This document shows positions 18,961 through 28,833 of a stretch of 64,000 nucleotides of DNA, piece by piece. Both the position numbers and the translations under genes were made by a program. Every line of letters begins with the position of its first letter. The first letter of the stretch is position 1. Origin of the DNA: an uncultured delta proteobacterium (lineage in GTDB: Bacteria; Desulfobacterota; RBG-13-43-22); NCBI GenBank assembly GCA_963711835.1, contig CAVQFQ010000010.1, positions 1 through 64,000 on the forward strand, read 5' to 3'. The notes below the pieces were generated by a model. It was given only the letters and a program-made list of their open reading frames with translations. It made no database searches and was not told the origin of the DNA.

Positions 18961-21825
18961 ATGATGAGAATTCTTGGGAGAATACCCAAATTTGCCTCAG
19001 CTTCAGGGCCTTTCTTCTTTCTTAAACATCCTGTCTTTCTCTTTCTCATTTTTTTCTTTATCTTATCCCCTTCTCTTCAAGCCCAAACCGATTGGACCAC
19101 TTTGTTTCAGGATAATTTTGAAAATGGAATCCTTCCTGATTGGGATATTCCAAATCCTAATTGGAGTATCGAAATTGACGGGAATAACCATGTGCTAAAC
19201 GGTTCCATTATTGTAAGTATTCCACCAGCTACGGTTAGATATCGAAATGGACAGAATTGGACCAATTATTCCATGAAAATTAAGGTTAAGCTTATTAATG
19301 GGAGCATAAGGTTCTTGTTCCGGGTCGCAGCTTCTAATCATGACGACGCTACTTACTTTATCGATTTTTCTGAAACTGGATTATCTTTAAACAAAGCCTT
19401 AAATTATATTTATTATGATTTGGTTAATGATGGTTTGCCGAATAGTTTAAATACCTGGCATGATTGTGAGGTAATAGGAATTGAAGGGAATATCAAGGTT
19501 TATGTAGATGGTGATCTCCGACTCGAATACACTGATCCGAATCCCATATTAAATGGTTCCATAGGTTTCAGCACTTTTGATGATTGCCACGTTCAGGTTG
19601 ACGATGTTTTTGTGAGCGGCAAATTACCCACAACCCCCGAAGGGTACAAATGGATCAAAACAGGAGGGCCAAGTGGCGGTTTGGGGTATGATGTTCGTAT
19701 CCACCCGACTAACAAGCAAATCATGTTCGTTACAGATAATCCCAGTGGGGTTAATAAGAGCTTTGACGGTGGCAATACTTGGATCCAGAAGAATAACGGA
19801 ATCAATGTTAGAACAGGGGCTTCAGGGGATGCTATTCCGATTTTTTGTTTGACGATTGATCCCAATAACCCGAACATCGTTTGGGCTGGGACACAATACA
19901 ATCGGGGGATTTATAAGTCTATTGATGGGGGTGAAACATGGGTAAAAAAGGACAATGGGGTTGTCGAGAATACTGAAATTTCTTTCCGGGGGTTTGGAAT
20001 TCATCCTCAAAATTCGAATATCATTTTTGCCGGAGCAGAAATTACCATAGGAATACTCGGAAGGGTGTTTGATAAAACTAAAGGTAAAATTTACAAAACA
20101 ACAGATGGGGGAGAAAATTGGCGGTGTGTCTGGGAAGGAGATAACCTGGCACGGTTTGTTATTTTTGATTACTCCAATCCGAATATTCTCTATGCTTCGA
20201 CTGGGATTTGGGATCGAGAGGCCTTTAATGAAGTAGGAGTAGGTGTTCTAAAGAGCTATAACGGTGGGGAAACCTGGATCCCTATCAATAACGGGATGAA
20301 TGACCTTTATGTCGGTTTTTTAGAAATGCACCCTACTAACCCCCAAATCCTTTATGCCGCTACCGGGCTCAATGAATATTCTACTAAGCCGGGGGTCTAT
20401 AAAACAGTTGACGGCGGTGCCAATTGGACTCAAATGCTCGACAAAGGAGATGTCACTACAACGGTAACCATAAGTCCATCTAACCCTAATATTGTTTATG
20501 CCGGTGCAAATAGTGCTTTTTATAGAAGTTATAATGGTGGAGTGACATGGGATGTATTTAATCAAGATTGGGGTTGGGGACCCCCTGGGGTGAGATCGGG
20601 GGTTTCTATCAGTGCGGTTGTAGATCCTGATGATCCTATGACAGTATTCGTAAATAATTATACTGGGGGCAACTTCAAATCGACTGACGGCGGAGCTTCC
20701 TGGGTCAATGCCAGCAAAGGTTACACTGGTGCGCACCTTCACTCAGTAGCGGTAAGTAAAAGCCAACCGAATAAAATTTTCACTGTCGGGCGGAACGGCC
20801 CATTCGGGAGCAACGATTATGGGCAAAATTGGGCAGGTTTAGCCTATACGCCGGCTAGGGCGCCAGAATGGAACACCATCGTCGCAAACCCTGTTAATGA
20901 CCAAATATTACTACTGGCGGTAGAAGGTGGGGGGACAATCTTTAAGAGTGATACTGACGGAAATAGCTGGCGATTTGTTCTTGAGGCGGTTGGCTATACT
21001 TGTTGCGGCCAAGGGTTTAAAGCCATTGACTTTGCTCCTTCCAATCCAAACATTGTCTATGCAGGTATGCGGGGATCCAGAAGTATGATCAACGGAGGAC
21101 CTAATCCCCTACCAAGCGGTGGAATGTACAAGTCCATCGATGAGGGCGAAACCTGGACTCCGATCAATAACGGCCTGCAAACTTCACTTATGAATGTTAA
21201 CTGCTTAGCTATCCACCCAACCAATCCAAATATTGTTTATATCGGCACATGGAAAGACGGAATTTTTAAAACTATTGATGGTGGGCAAAGTTGGGTAAAT
21301 AAGAGCAATGGCCTTGCTTCTGCGGATGTCCGTTCCTTGGCAATAGATCCCAAAAATCCGGAAATAGTTTATGCAGGGCTTGGTGAGGGGGTTGGACTTT
21401 TTAAAACCACTACTGGCGGGGAACTCTGGGAAAATATAAATACGGGTATCACCCTTAATTGTCCAGCCTATCTTTTGCCTTCCGGTGGAGTAAAACAAGG
21501 GATGATCTTTGAGAAACCCCCATTAATTTCAAGAGGTCTTGAATATTACTATGTTCCCTGGACCTCGGTTTGGGGAATAGTTGTTGATCCGACCAATTCT
21601 GACATACTATATGCTGCCGATTATCAAACAGGGGTATATTTGTCCACTGACAAAGGTGCGAATTGGGTTCCAATTAATGAAGGCTTGACAATCCGAGCCG
21701 TAACTGCCTTGGCAATTTCGAAGAATGGACGATATGTTTATGCCGCAACCGAGGGGGGAGGGGTATTCCGTCTCCGGACACCTGGTTGTTGCGATGTCTA
21801 CCTGCCTCTGATTTTCAAGAATTAA
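18961..21825 (+). CDS. Large secreted protein: ConA/LamG-like N-terminal domain + BNR/Asp-box beta-propeller repeats, C-terminal VYLPLIFKN tail; AT-richer than neighbours
   Basis: Signal peptide, many S/TxDGGxTW Asp-boxes and visibly lower GC. Confidence 0.8.
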   Translation: MMRILGRIPKFASASGPFFFLKHPVFLFLIFFFILSPSLQAQTDWTTLFQDNFENGILPDWDIPNPNWSIEIDGNNHVLNGSIIVSIPPATVRYRNGQNWTNYSMKIKVKLINGSIRFLFRVAASNHDDATYFIDFSETGLSLNKALNYIYYDLVNDGLPNSLNTWHDCEVIGIEGNIKVYVDGDLRLEYTDPNPILNGSIGFSTFDDCHVQVDDVFVSGKLPTTPEGYKWIKTGGPSGGLGYDVRIHPTNKQIMFVTDNPSGVNKSFDGGNTWIQKNNGINVRTGASGDAIPIFCLTIDPNNPNIVWAGTQYNRGIYKSIDGGETWVKKDNGVVENTEISFRGFGIHPQNSNIIFAGAEITIGILGRVFDKTKGKIYKTTDGGENWRCVWEGDNLARFVIFDYSNPNILYASTGIWDREAFNEVGVGVLKSYNGGETWIPINNGMNDLYVGFLEMHPTNPQILYAATGLNEYSTKPGVYKTVDGGANWTQMLDKGDVTTTVTISPSNPNIVYAGANSAFYRSYNGGVTWDVFNQDWGWGPPGVRSGVSISAVVDPDDPMTVFVNNYTGGNFKSTDGGASWVNASKGYTGAHLHSVAVSKSQPNKIFTVGRNGPFGSNDYGQNWAGLAYTPARAPEWNTIVANPVNDQILLLAVEGGGTIFKSDTDGNSWRFVLEAVGYTCCGQGFKAIDFAPSNPNIVYAGMRGSRSMINGGPNPLPSGGMYKSIDEGETWTPINNGLQTSLMNVNCLAIHPTNPNIVYIGTWKDGIFKTIDGGQSWVNKSNGLASADVRSLAIDPKNPEIVYAGLGEGVGLFKTTTGGELWENINTGITLNCPAYLLPSGGVKQGMIFEKPPLISRGLEYYYVPWTSVWGIVVDPTNSDILYAADYQTGVYLSTDKGANWVPINEGLTIRAVTALAISKNGRYVYAATEGGGVFRLRTPGCCDVYLPLIFKN

Positions 21826-21838
21826 AAAGGCCCCTTTT

Positions 21839-21912
21839 AAATCCCTCCCAACCTCCCTTTTCGAAAGGGAGGAGAAATCTCCTCCTTTGGAAAGGGGGAT
21901 TGAGAGGAAATT
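21839..21912. repeat. REP-like double hairpin between convergent genes
   Basis: cctcccttttcgaaagggagg and tcctcctttggaaaggggga inside an aatccctc...gaggaaatt stem. Confidence 0.6.
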
Positions 21913-21962
21913 GTCAAACTCCGGGAGTCGCCCGACAGGGCCGGGGATTTACTTAAAAGAAA

Positions 21963-22685
21963 TTAGCCTTTCGGCCGGGCCTTTTTGAGCATGGTGATGG
22001 GCTTGGCCATGGCCAGGATGTTTTTATGGACCGAGTCCAGCAGGAAGCCGGGCAGGCCCAGCATTAGGTGGCAGGCGTCGATGGCCGATTTGACCCGGCA
22101 GCCCAGGCCTAAAAAGGTGACATTGACCTGCCCCTCCAGCAGAGGCCAGGCGGTAATGTCGGCACAGCCCCCCAAGGCCCCGCCGGACTGGGGCAGATCC
22201 TGGCGGCCTCCTTTTTCATAATTGACGGCATAAAGCAGCCACATGACCTGCTCGCTGTCGGCGGTGAAGACCACCACCTGGGGAGTTTCTTTAAAGGCCG
22301 CTAAAGGGGCGATCAGGGCGGCCTGGGTTTTTCCCTTCTCCAGATAAGTCGACTTGAGCAGGGTTTCGGCCGAGGCCTCCTCGGTGGCGAACAAGCCAAC
22401 CCCGTATTTTTCCAGGACCCCGTCATCCAGAAAGGCCTCCATTTCCTCTTCCATGCCCAAAATCGACGTCCCCAGCTTACAGCCCATGTTTTCCCGTTTA
22501 AGAAGCAGAGTCCGTCCCTCTCCGGCCAGGACCAGGGCCTGGCAGTAGCTTTTAAAACTTTCTTCGACGAAGGGAATCCCCGCCGGAAGTTTATCTGCTT
22601 TCTGAAAAAGGCGAACGCCTACGGGTTGATAGTGTAATTCCAGGCTTTGAACCAGATCTTGAGTGATGGTGGATAAATCGGCCAT
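21963..22685 (-). CDS. DUF169 family protein
   Basis: PVGVRL, YCQAL, MGC, GGCAD, LGCR pattern resembling DUF169 (recalled family resemblance). Confidence 0.7.
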   Translation of the reverse strand: MADLSTITQDLVQSLELHYQPVGVRLFQKADKLPAGIPFVEESFKSYCQALVLAGEGRTLLLKRENMGCKLGTSILGMEEEMEAFLDDGVLEKYGVGLFATEEASAETLLKSTYLEKGKTQAALIAPLAAFKETPQVVVFTADSEQVMWLLYAVNYEKGGRQDLPQSGGALGGCADITAWPLLEGQVNVTFLGLGCRVKSAIDACHLMLGLPGFLLDSVHKNILAMAKPITMLKKARPKG

Positions 22686-22907
22686 GCGTACCTCCGTAAA
22701 AATGGATTCTCAAACAGAACTTTTAACACATGCCTTTTGTCTTGGAAAATAAATTTTTTGGATTCCCTGGAATTTCGTGACGGTCTTGTTTCTGATTTGA
22801 AGGAAAAGCAGGTCAACTTTTTTTACCACGGACAAAGACTGGACAGGGTGGCGGTCCGTGTGAGTCTGTGGCTAAAAAAACTTTTTAAATTCTTAGGGTT
22901 GGGGAGG

Positions 22908-22933
22908 AAAGGGCGGGTTTTTGACCCGCCCTT
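22908..22933 (-). terminator. Intrinsic terminator-like hairpin after the outer-membrane transporter gene
   Basis: aaagggcgggtttttgacccgccctt. Confidence 0.5.
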
Positions 22934-22949
22934 AAAAGAGGAGCGAAGC

Positions 22950-24209
22950 TTAGAACCGCCAGGTCAATCCAAACTCAACGCTGTTTTCACTGAGATTGGA
23001 TTCCAGCGTTACGGGCTGGCCGTTCACGGCCGTACCGCTTTCCTTGATGCTGTTTGAAAAGGCATGGGTATAGCCAAGGTGAATGCCAAAACGATTGGAA
23101 AATTCGTAACCGATGCCGAAAGTCAGATGATGCTCGACCACGGCCGGAAAGCCGATCGTCCTGAAGGTTTCATAATAGTAGGTAGGCATATACTTGCCCT
23201 GGACCTGCTTGAGGCTTTGGCCGTTAAAATTATTATGTTCGTTGACCGGATTGGTCCCGTAATTGTATCCGGCCCGCAGGGCCAGCTTGGGGGTGACTTT
23301 ATACTGGGCACCGATGGAAAATACATACTGGTCCTTCCAGTCGAAGTCGTTGTAGCCCTTGGCATTGGCCCAGTTGATCCACCTGCCGTCCATTTCGATC
23401 AGGAAGGTATTGGGAATCAGGTCAAAGGCAATGCCCAGGCCGACCTGCTGCGGGGCTTCCAATTCCAGGGTATCGGCCACGGTGTCGCCATCAAAGTCCC
23501 TGACCTTTTCATGCTTGACCGTCTGGGGGGTCATGTAAGTCAACCCTAAGGATACCCGGTCATGAGGTTTGTAGATCGCACCCAACTGAGCCCCGAATCC
23601 AAAGCCGCTCGAGGATCCGCTCCTCATATCGAGGGTGGCATAATCAATATGCGCTGCCAGCCCGAATGAAAATTGGGTGCTGGGCTCAAAGGCGATGGAA
23701 GGGGCAAACTTCATGATCTGCAACGAGGTATATTCCCCGGCAATCAAGGGATACCCTCCAAAATTCGCAAAACGGGGCTGATCCAGGGCCGTGTTCCGGT
23801 AATCGACCCCCAGGCCGCTTACCCCGTAAGCCGCCAGACCAAACCGCCAGAGGGGCATGGTCTTGGTGATCGGGACGGAAATCCCGATGGCCGGGATGGG
23901 ATAAACACTATCGGCGCTGCCCGACGAATAGGTGGTTCCTCCCAAGACCACCTTGGCGTCCACTTTGGGCATAAAGGCCGTGCCGGCAAAATTAAACTCC
24001 GAATTGGGGCAATAGGGGCCGAAGCACATGGCCGCCGGGTTGGAAAAGACGGCACTAATGGCATCCTGAGGTGCGGCAATGCCGACCCCGCCCATGGATC
24101 GGGAGATAGGGCCGATCGCCATCAGGTTGTCCCCATTGGTGGCCCAAACCTGGGTAGAGCCCAAGGCCACTAAAACCAACAGTCCTGCTAAAAAAATGTT
24201 TTTCTTCAT
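22950..24209 (-). CDS. FadL/OmpP1/TodX family outer-membrane transport protein
   Basis: Signal peptide, SMGG...NPAA hatch motif, LRAGYNYG, C-terminal Phe. Confidence 0.88.
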   Translation of the reverse strand: MKKNIFLAGLLVLVALGSTQVWATNGDNLMAIGPISRSMGGVGIAAPQDAISAVFSNPAAMCFGPYCPNSEFNFAGTAFMPKVDAKVVLGGTTYSSGSADSVYPIPAIGISVPITKTMPLWRFGLAAYGVSGLGVDYRNTALDQPRFANFGGYPLIAGEYTSLQIMKFAPSIAFEPSTQFSFGLAAHIDYATLDMRSGSSSGFGFGAQLGAIYKPHDRVSLGLTYMTPQTVKHEKVRDFDGDTVADTLELEAPQQVGLGIAFDLIPNTFLIEMDGRWINWANAKGYNDFDWKDQYVFSIGAQYKVTPKLALRAGYNYGTNPVNEHNNFNGQSLKQVQGKYMPTYYYETFRTIGFPAVVEHHLTFGIGYEFSNRFGIHLGYTHAFSNSIKESGTAVNGQPVTLESNLSENSVEFGLTWRF

Positions 24210-24328
24210 AACGCCTCCTCTTCTTTGATTCCTTTTTTTCTTTTTTTCTTATAGATACCGCCTCTCAAAAGCGAGATTTGGCGGATTATTTTCAGGCTCT
24301 GATCCCAATTACCTGGAGCAGCCGCCTC

Positions 24329-25582
24329 TTAATGCACCAAAGCATCGGCCATCAGGGAGGACAGGAATTTTACCTCCACCCCCATCTGATAATGCTGGTT
24401 CAAATCACTGAGCTGGGTATGACAGTTCTCACAGGCCGTGGCCAGAATTTTAGCCCCTGTTTTTTTCACCTGATCGACCTTGACCTTGGACGATTTCATG
24501 CGGAAATCCAGGGTATCCTCGCCCAGGGCCACCAGCCCGCCCCCTCCTCCACAACACCAGTTATAACGCACATCATCGGTCATATCCCGGAAATCATTGG
24601 TCAGGTGCTTTAGAATGTAGCGCGGTTCATCAATCACCCCGGCATTGCGGGCCATCTGGCAGGGATCATGATAGGTGATGGGCTCCGGAAACTTGGTTCG
24701 GTCCAACTTAATCCGGCCCTCCCGTAGGTAGCGGGCATGGACTTCGGTGATCGAGGAAACCTTAAAAGGCTGCCGGCCTGCCTGCTGTTTCATGACCCGG
24801 AAAGCAGTGCCGCATTCACAAATAACAACCTCCTTGACCTTCAGACGCAAGGCCTCCTGGATGATCCGATCCAGGATCAACTTGGTCCGGGTCGGGTCGC
24901 CCACGAAGGCCCCGAAATTGACCGCTTCAAAAAAACTCAAGGTCCAATTCTCCCCGGCGGCGTTAAAGATCACTGCGGCCGGGACAATGGAATGGGCACC
25001 GGCTAAGGCCACATAGAGTAGGTCGGCCCCTTCCACATCCATCGGGATGGGGGTCTTCCCGGCCTCCAGTTTCCATTTTTCTACCACCTGGGCTTCCAGG
25101 TTTTTAACGGCCAAGAGAAAACCTTCTTTAAAAAAGTCCAGGGATTTTCCTTTCTCGATGGAGGTGTCGGCCAGCATGGATAAAATTTCCGGCTCGGCGC
25201 TGGCACCCACCAGGAGCAGCTTGGCAATGGACATCAGCATCTGGGTATCGATGCCGTGGGGGCAAAAGACCATGCAGCGGCGGCAGCCGGTGCAGGAGTA
25301 AGCCGCTTCGTATAGGGCCTCAATGGTCAGGTCGTTTAATTCTTTGGATTCGCCCAGGGCCGCCGGAAGATTTCCCGGACCCTTGAAATATTTCTTGTAG
25401 AGCCGGCGGACTATTTCATGGCGATAAGCGGCAATATATTTTACCTGGCCGGTTGAAACATAGGCATGGCAGGCCTCGGTGCAGGTCCCGCATCGGGAGC
25501 AGGTCTCCAGGTAGTAGCGCATGGATTGAGAAAGTTTGGATCTAAAAAGTTTCAGTAATTCTTCCCGGATTTTTTCATCCAT
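24329..25582 (-). CDS. DsrK/HmcF/TmcB-like Fe-S oxidoreductase (CCG domain)
   Basis: CSRCGTCTEAC and CTGCRRCMVFC ferredoxin motifs, YHDPC, WCCGGGGG, TACENC. Confidence 0.88.
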   Translation of the reverse strand: MDEKIREELLKLFRSKLSQSMRYYLETCSRCGTCTEACHAYVSTGQVKYIAAYRHEIVRRLYKKYFKGPGNLPAALGESKELNDLTIEALYEAAYSCTGCRRCMVFCPHGIDTQMLMSIAKLLLVGASAEPEILSMLADTSIEKGKSLDFFKEGFLLAVKNLEAQVVEKWKLEAGKTPIPMDVEGADLLYVALAGAHSIVPAAVIFNAAGENWTLSFFEAVNFGAFVGDPTRTKLILDRIIQEALRLKVKEVVICECGTAFRVMKQQAGRQPFKVSSITEVHARYLREGRIKLDRTKFPEPITYHDPCQMARNAGVIDEPRYILKHLTNDFRDMTDDVRYNWCCGGGGGLVALGEDTLDFRMKSSKVKVDQVKKTGAKILATACENCHTQLSDLNQHYQMGVEVKFLSSLMADALVH

Positions 25583-25584
25583 GA

Positions 25585-26295
25585 CTAACCCCTCCTTAAT
25601 TTATTCATGGGGATGGTAAAGAAGGCGTGCATGATCTTGCTGAAGGGAAAGAAGATAATAAAAAGATTGGCGAAGAAAACATGCAGCACCAACATAAAAG
25701 AATGGCCCGATTGGTAAACGGCGGCCGGCAGCTCGGGTTTGAAATACAAAAGGCTGGTCAGATAGGTTTGATAATCTCCCGGAGACAATTCCCCGTACCC
25801 ATACCAGCGCCGGGCCCAGTCCATTTGATCGCCGAAGAGCATCGTCAAGAAAAGTAAAATCAGGAGGTAGTAATCTTCCGGGACGGACAATTCACGGGTA
25901 GGGGAATGGAAACGCCGGAAAAGGAAATAGAGCAGGGCCACTGTGGCCAGCAAGCCGACAAAACCCCGGCCCAGGAAAAGGTCGTGCTCCCAGAATTGAA
26001 ACCAGGTAACGCCTTTGAAGAGTTCCAGGTGCCCGATGATCAACAGCAACAGGCTTATATGAAAGATCATCAGAAAAACCCAAAGGACCGGGTTGTGCCG
26101 CCGGACGGTGGGCATGAGGAAACTGTCATGAAGTGCCCAGAGCCATAGAGGTTTTCGCTGCGGGAAAATTTGGACCGTGGCCGGTTGCCGGGGCGACCGT
26201 CCGATTTTAACCAGTTGGATGATGGTCCCCAGCGTAAAAATGAAAAAAGCCAGATAGACCATAGGCACCAAGATGAGGTAAGTGATAGTTTGCAC
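25585..26295 (-). CDS. NarI/DsrM-like membrane b-type cytochrome
   Basis: About five TM segments with conserved His (FH, GH, LHV, PFSKIMH). Confidence 0.85.
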   Translation of the reverse strand: MQTITYLILVPMVYLAFFIFTLGTIIQLVKIGRSPRQPATVQIFPQRKPLWLWALHDSFLMPTVRRHNPVLWVFLMIFHISLLLLIIGHLELFKGVTWFQFWEHDLFLGRGFVGLLATVALLYFLFRRFHSPTRELSVPEDYYLLILLFLTMLFGDQMDWARRWYGYGELSPGDYQTYLTSLLYFKPELPAAVYQSGHSFMLVLHVFFANLFIIFFPFSKIMHAFFTIPMNKLRRG

Positions 26296-26419
26296 GGAAC
26301 CCTCCTCTTCGTTTTTGCGCCGCCTTTCTTTGCCCTCCTTTGCCGAAAGGATTTAGAGGGGCCGGACCTGCTTCGGATTCGGAGCAAGTCCGGGTTAGGG
26401 CAAGGGAATGAACAGGCGC

Positions 26420-26659
26420 TTATTTGGTTCTCTTGATGTAAATCTTGATGACCCCGTCGCCCTGTTCGGTCTTCAGGATCTCATTGCCGCTGGTTCGAGC
26501 CCAAGCCGGGAAATCGGACAAGGCCCCGGGATCGGTGGTCAGGGCTTCAATAACCTGGCCGACCTGAACCTCTTTGATCCCCTTGCTGACTTTGACTACC
26601 GGCATGGGGCAGGGCAATCCTTTCAGGTCCATTACTTTATCGACTTTGATGTCTTCCAT
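26420..26659 (-). CDS. tusA: TusA family sulfur carrier
   Basis: DLKGLPCPMP, TDPG and DFPAW motifs. Confidence 0.92.
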   Translation of the reverse strand: MEDIKVDKVMDLKGLPCPMPVVKVSKGIKEVQVGQVIEALTTDPGALSDFPAWARTSGNEILKTEQGDGVIKIYIKRTK

Positions 26660-26672
26660 GATTCTTTCCTCC

Positions 26673-27221
26673 TTAAATGAATAATTGAATTTTGCTGTGC
26701 ATGGCTTCTTCCAGGAATTTGGCCACCCCGCAAAACGTCAGATCCGGATAGCTGATCATTTCTTCCCGTTTGAAGCCCATAAGATCCATGGACATTTCGC
26801 AGACATAGATTTTAACACCCAGTTCCCCGGCCATTTCGATCATCTGCTCCAGAGAGGCCACATTTTTCTTTTTCATCAAAGACTTCATCATGGAAGTACC
26901 CATGCCGGCCATGTTCATCTTCGACAACTTGACTTCGCCGGTCCCTTTGGGCAGCATGCTCCCGAACAGGGTCCCCATCAGGTCCTTGCCGCCGACCTTT
27001 TTCAATTTGTCGCGGAGGAGCGGGGTGCCCCAGAAGGTAAAGAACATCACCACCTCCATGCCCATGGCCACGGCCCCGGTGCCGATGATAAAGGCCGCCA
27101 AGACCTTGTCCAGATCCCCGCTGAAGACGACCATGGAGATCTTGTTCTCCGGTTGATTTTGGCTCAGGGTCTCTACCTGGGCCTTGAGTTCAGCCAGTTG
27201 CTTTTCAAACGCGGCTTCCAT
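26673..27221 (-). CDS. DsrE2-type (DsrE/F-like) sulfurtransferase
   Basis: SGDLDK, MFFTFWG, LSKMNMAGMG, CEMSMDLMG, LFI C-terminus. Confidence 0.88.
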   Translation of the reverse strand: MEAAFEKQLAELKAQVETLSQNQPENKISMVVFSGDLDKVLAAFIIGTGAVAMGMEVVMFFTFWGTPLLRDKLKKVGGKDLMGTLFGSMLPKGTGEVKLSKMNMAGMGTSMMKSLMKKKNVASLEQMIEMAGELGVKIYVCEMSMDLMGFKREEMISYPDLTFCGVAKFLEEAMHSKIQLFI

Positions 27222-27256
27222 AACAACCCCCTTGTTGGTTAAAAATTGGTATGTTT

Positions 27257-27273
27257 TGTTAATACTGTTAACA
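27257..27273. promoter_or_regulatory. Putative MarR operator palindrome TGTTAA-N5-TTAACA
   Basis: tgttaatactgttaaca upstream of dsrE. Degenerate copy cgttcatggtgttaact at 27763-27779 over the marR start. Confidence 0.5.
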
Positions 27274-27289
27274 TTAACAGCAAAAAAAT

Positions 27290-27769
27290 TTAAAGCATTT
27301 TTTCTTTAACCGACTCCATAGAAGACCGCAGCAATTCCAGCGAAGCGAGTACGGACTGTCTGTCTTCTGATTTTAAATTCATGACCAGGTTGCGGTGGAT
27401 GTCCCTGATAAATAGTTCAATGGCGTCAAATTTCTTTTGACCGGCCGGGCTGAGGCTGATCAGTTTAATACGGGCATCCTCCGGGTCATGGATGCGTTGG
27501 ATCAGCTTTTTTTCAATCAATCCGTCAATGATTTTGGTAACCCGGCTCTTGGCTACATCCAGCCGCCGGGCAATATCCTTGACCGTCAGGTAGCGTTCTT
27601 GTTTGAATAACAGCACCAGGCGAAGCTCGGCCGGGCCAAGCAGAAACTTTTTGGATTGAAACAAAACCCTTTCCTGGCAGCAGTGAATAATTTCCTCAAT
27701 CAGGTCCATCAACCTCTGGGCCTGAGACTCGGTCAAATTTAAATTTGATTCACTAAAATATTCGTTCAT
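27290..27769 (-). CDS. MarR family transcriptional regulator
   Basis: KDIARRLDVAKSRVTKIIDGL...DPEDAR...LSPAG. Confidence 0.9.
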   Translation of the reverse strand: MNEYFSESNLNLTESQAQRLMDLIEEIIHCCQERVLFQSKKFLLGPAELRLVLLFKQERYLTVKDIARRLDVAKSRVTKIIDGLIEKKLIQRIHDPEDARIKLISLSPAGQKKFDAIELFIRDIHRNLVMNLKSEDRQSVLASLELLRSSMESVKEKML

Positions 27770-27937
27770 GGTGTTAACTAATATAAGAGTCTTCCAGACC
27801 CTTGTCAAGAAAAAAACCGGGATCTGAAAAATTTATCCTCAAATAAGGCAACCATTTGATTTATTTTGAGAACAAAGCCCCCCCTCCGCCCGGGCAGCCT
27901 TTCGGCCTGATGGGCTGTCTAAAGGGGGCCGCCTTCC

Positions 27938-28756
27938 TTAGATTGCCGCCTGAGTTACCAGGGAAAGGGATTCATGTAGGTCGGTCGGACTGAATACCTC
28001 CAGGTTGACCAGGCCCTGAAAGGGTTTCTGTTGGAGAAAATCCACTATGGTTTGAACCTGCTCAAAAGGCATTTTTGAGAGGCTGAGATGTTCCCGGCGG
28101 CCGTCAACTCCGTGGAGATGGATTTCAGCCGTTTTATCAAAAAAATATTCGAGGTTAGGCCGGACCTCCTCTCGGCCCAATAGCAGGTGGCCCAGGTCCA
28201 GACAAAGGCGGCAGATCCCGGCATCCAAAAAAGGGGCCAGGAACCGGGGTGAATAATTGATATTTTCAATTAGCAGGGAATCCCGGGCCTCCAAAACCTC
28301 CCTGATTTTATGGAGGGAAGGCAGGGCCCGTTTTTCCCAGTGCGCCCAGGCCCTGGTAGGCTTCCAGGGATAATACAAATCCGGATCCGGAACCAAGGTG
28401 GGTTTGGAAAAAGGCAGGTGGAGGATATAATGGCCCGGATGAAGAGGGGAGAAACGCCGGATCGCCTCCAGGGCAATTGCCAGGGAGGCCCTTCTTTGTC
28501 CTTCCTCCTCGGCAGCCAATTCCAGGGAAGCCGGCAAATGGACGGTAAAAGCGGTGCCTTTTTTATCTCCGATTGCTTTCAGTTCTCGTATTTCAGTGGA
28601 GGAAGGAAGATTGTTTTGGACCGGGGTATGAAATAATACGATCTCAACGGTATCCAACAGGCCGGATAAGATGGCGGCATTTTCAAGCAGATCCTCCCCA
28701 TAAACCATGGAGGGGGCGCCCAGGGTAAAGGGGAGATTAGGGAAAAAATTGGGCAA
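27938..28756 (-). CDS. TIM-barrel (AP endonuclease 2/xylose isomerase-like) protein, CbiR-like cobamide-remodelling phosphodiesterase candidate
   Basis: TVHLP, IEN, CLDLGH, IHLHG, EH and LEVF metal motifs. CbiR assignment is by recalled resemblance only. Confidence 0.6.
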   Translation of the reverse strand: MPNFFPNLPFTLGAPSMVYGEDLLENAAILSGLLDTVEIVLFHTPVQNNLPSSTEIRELKAIGDKKGTAFTVHLPASLELAAEEEGQRRASLAIALEAIRRFSPLHPGHYILHLPFSKPTLVPDPDLYYPWKPTRAWAHWEKRALPSLHKIREVLEARDSLLIENINYSPRFLAPFLDAGICRLCLDLGHLLLGREEVRPNLEYFFDKTAEIHLHGVDGRREHLSLSKMPFEQVQTIVDFLQQKPFQGLVNLEVFSPTDLHESLSLVTQAAI

Positions 28757-28833
28757 TGTTTGTTAAGGGATTCTTATCAGCGGTAATTGGGACAATTGGA
28801 ATCGGAAAGATCAGGGAGAATTAATCCTCCCTC

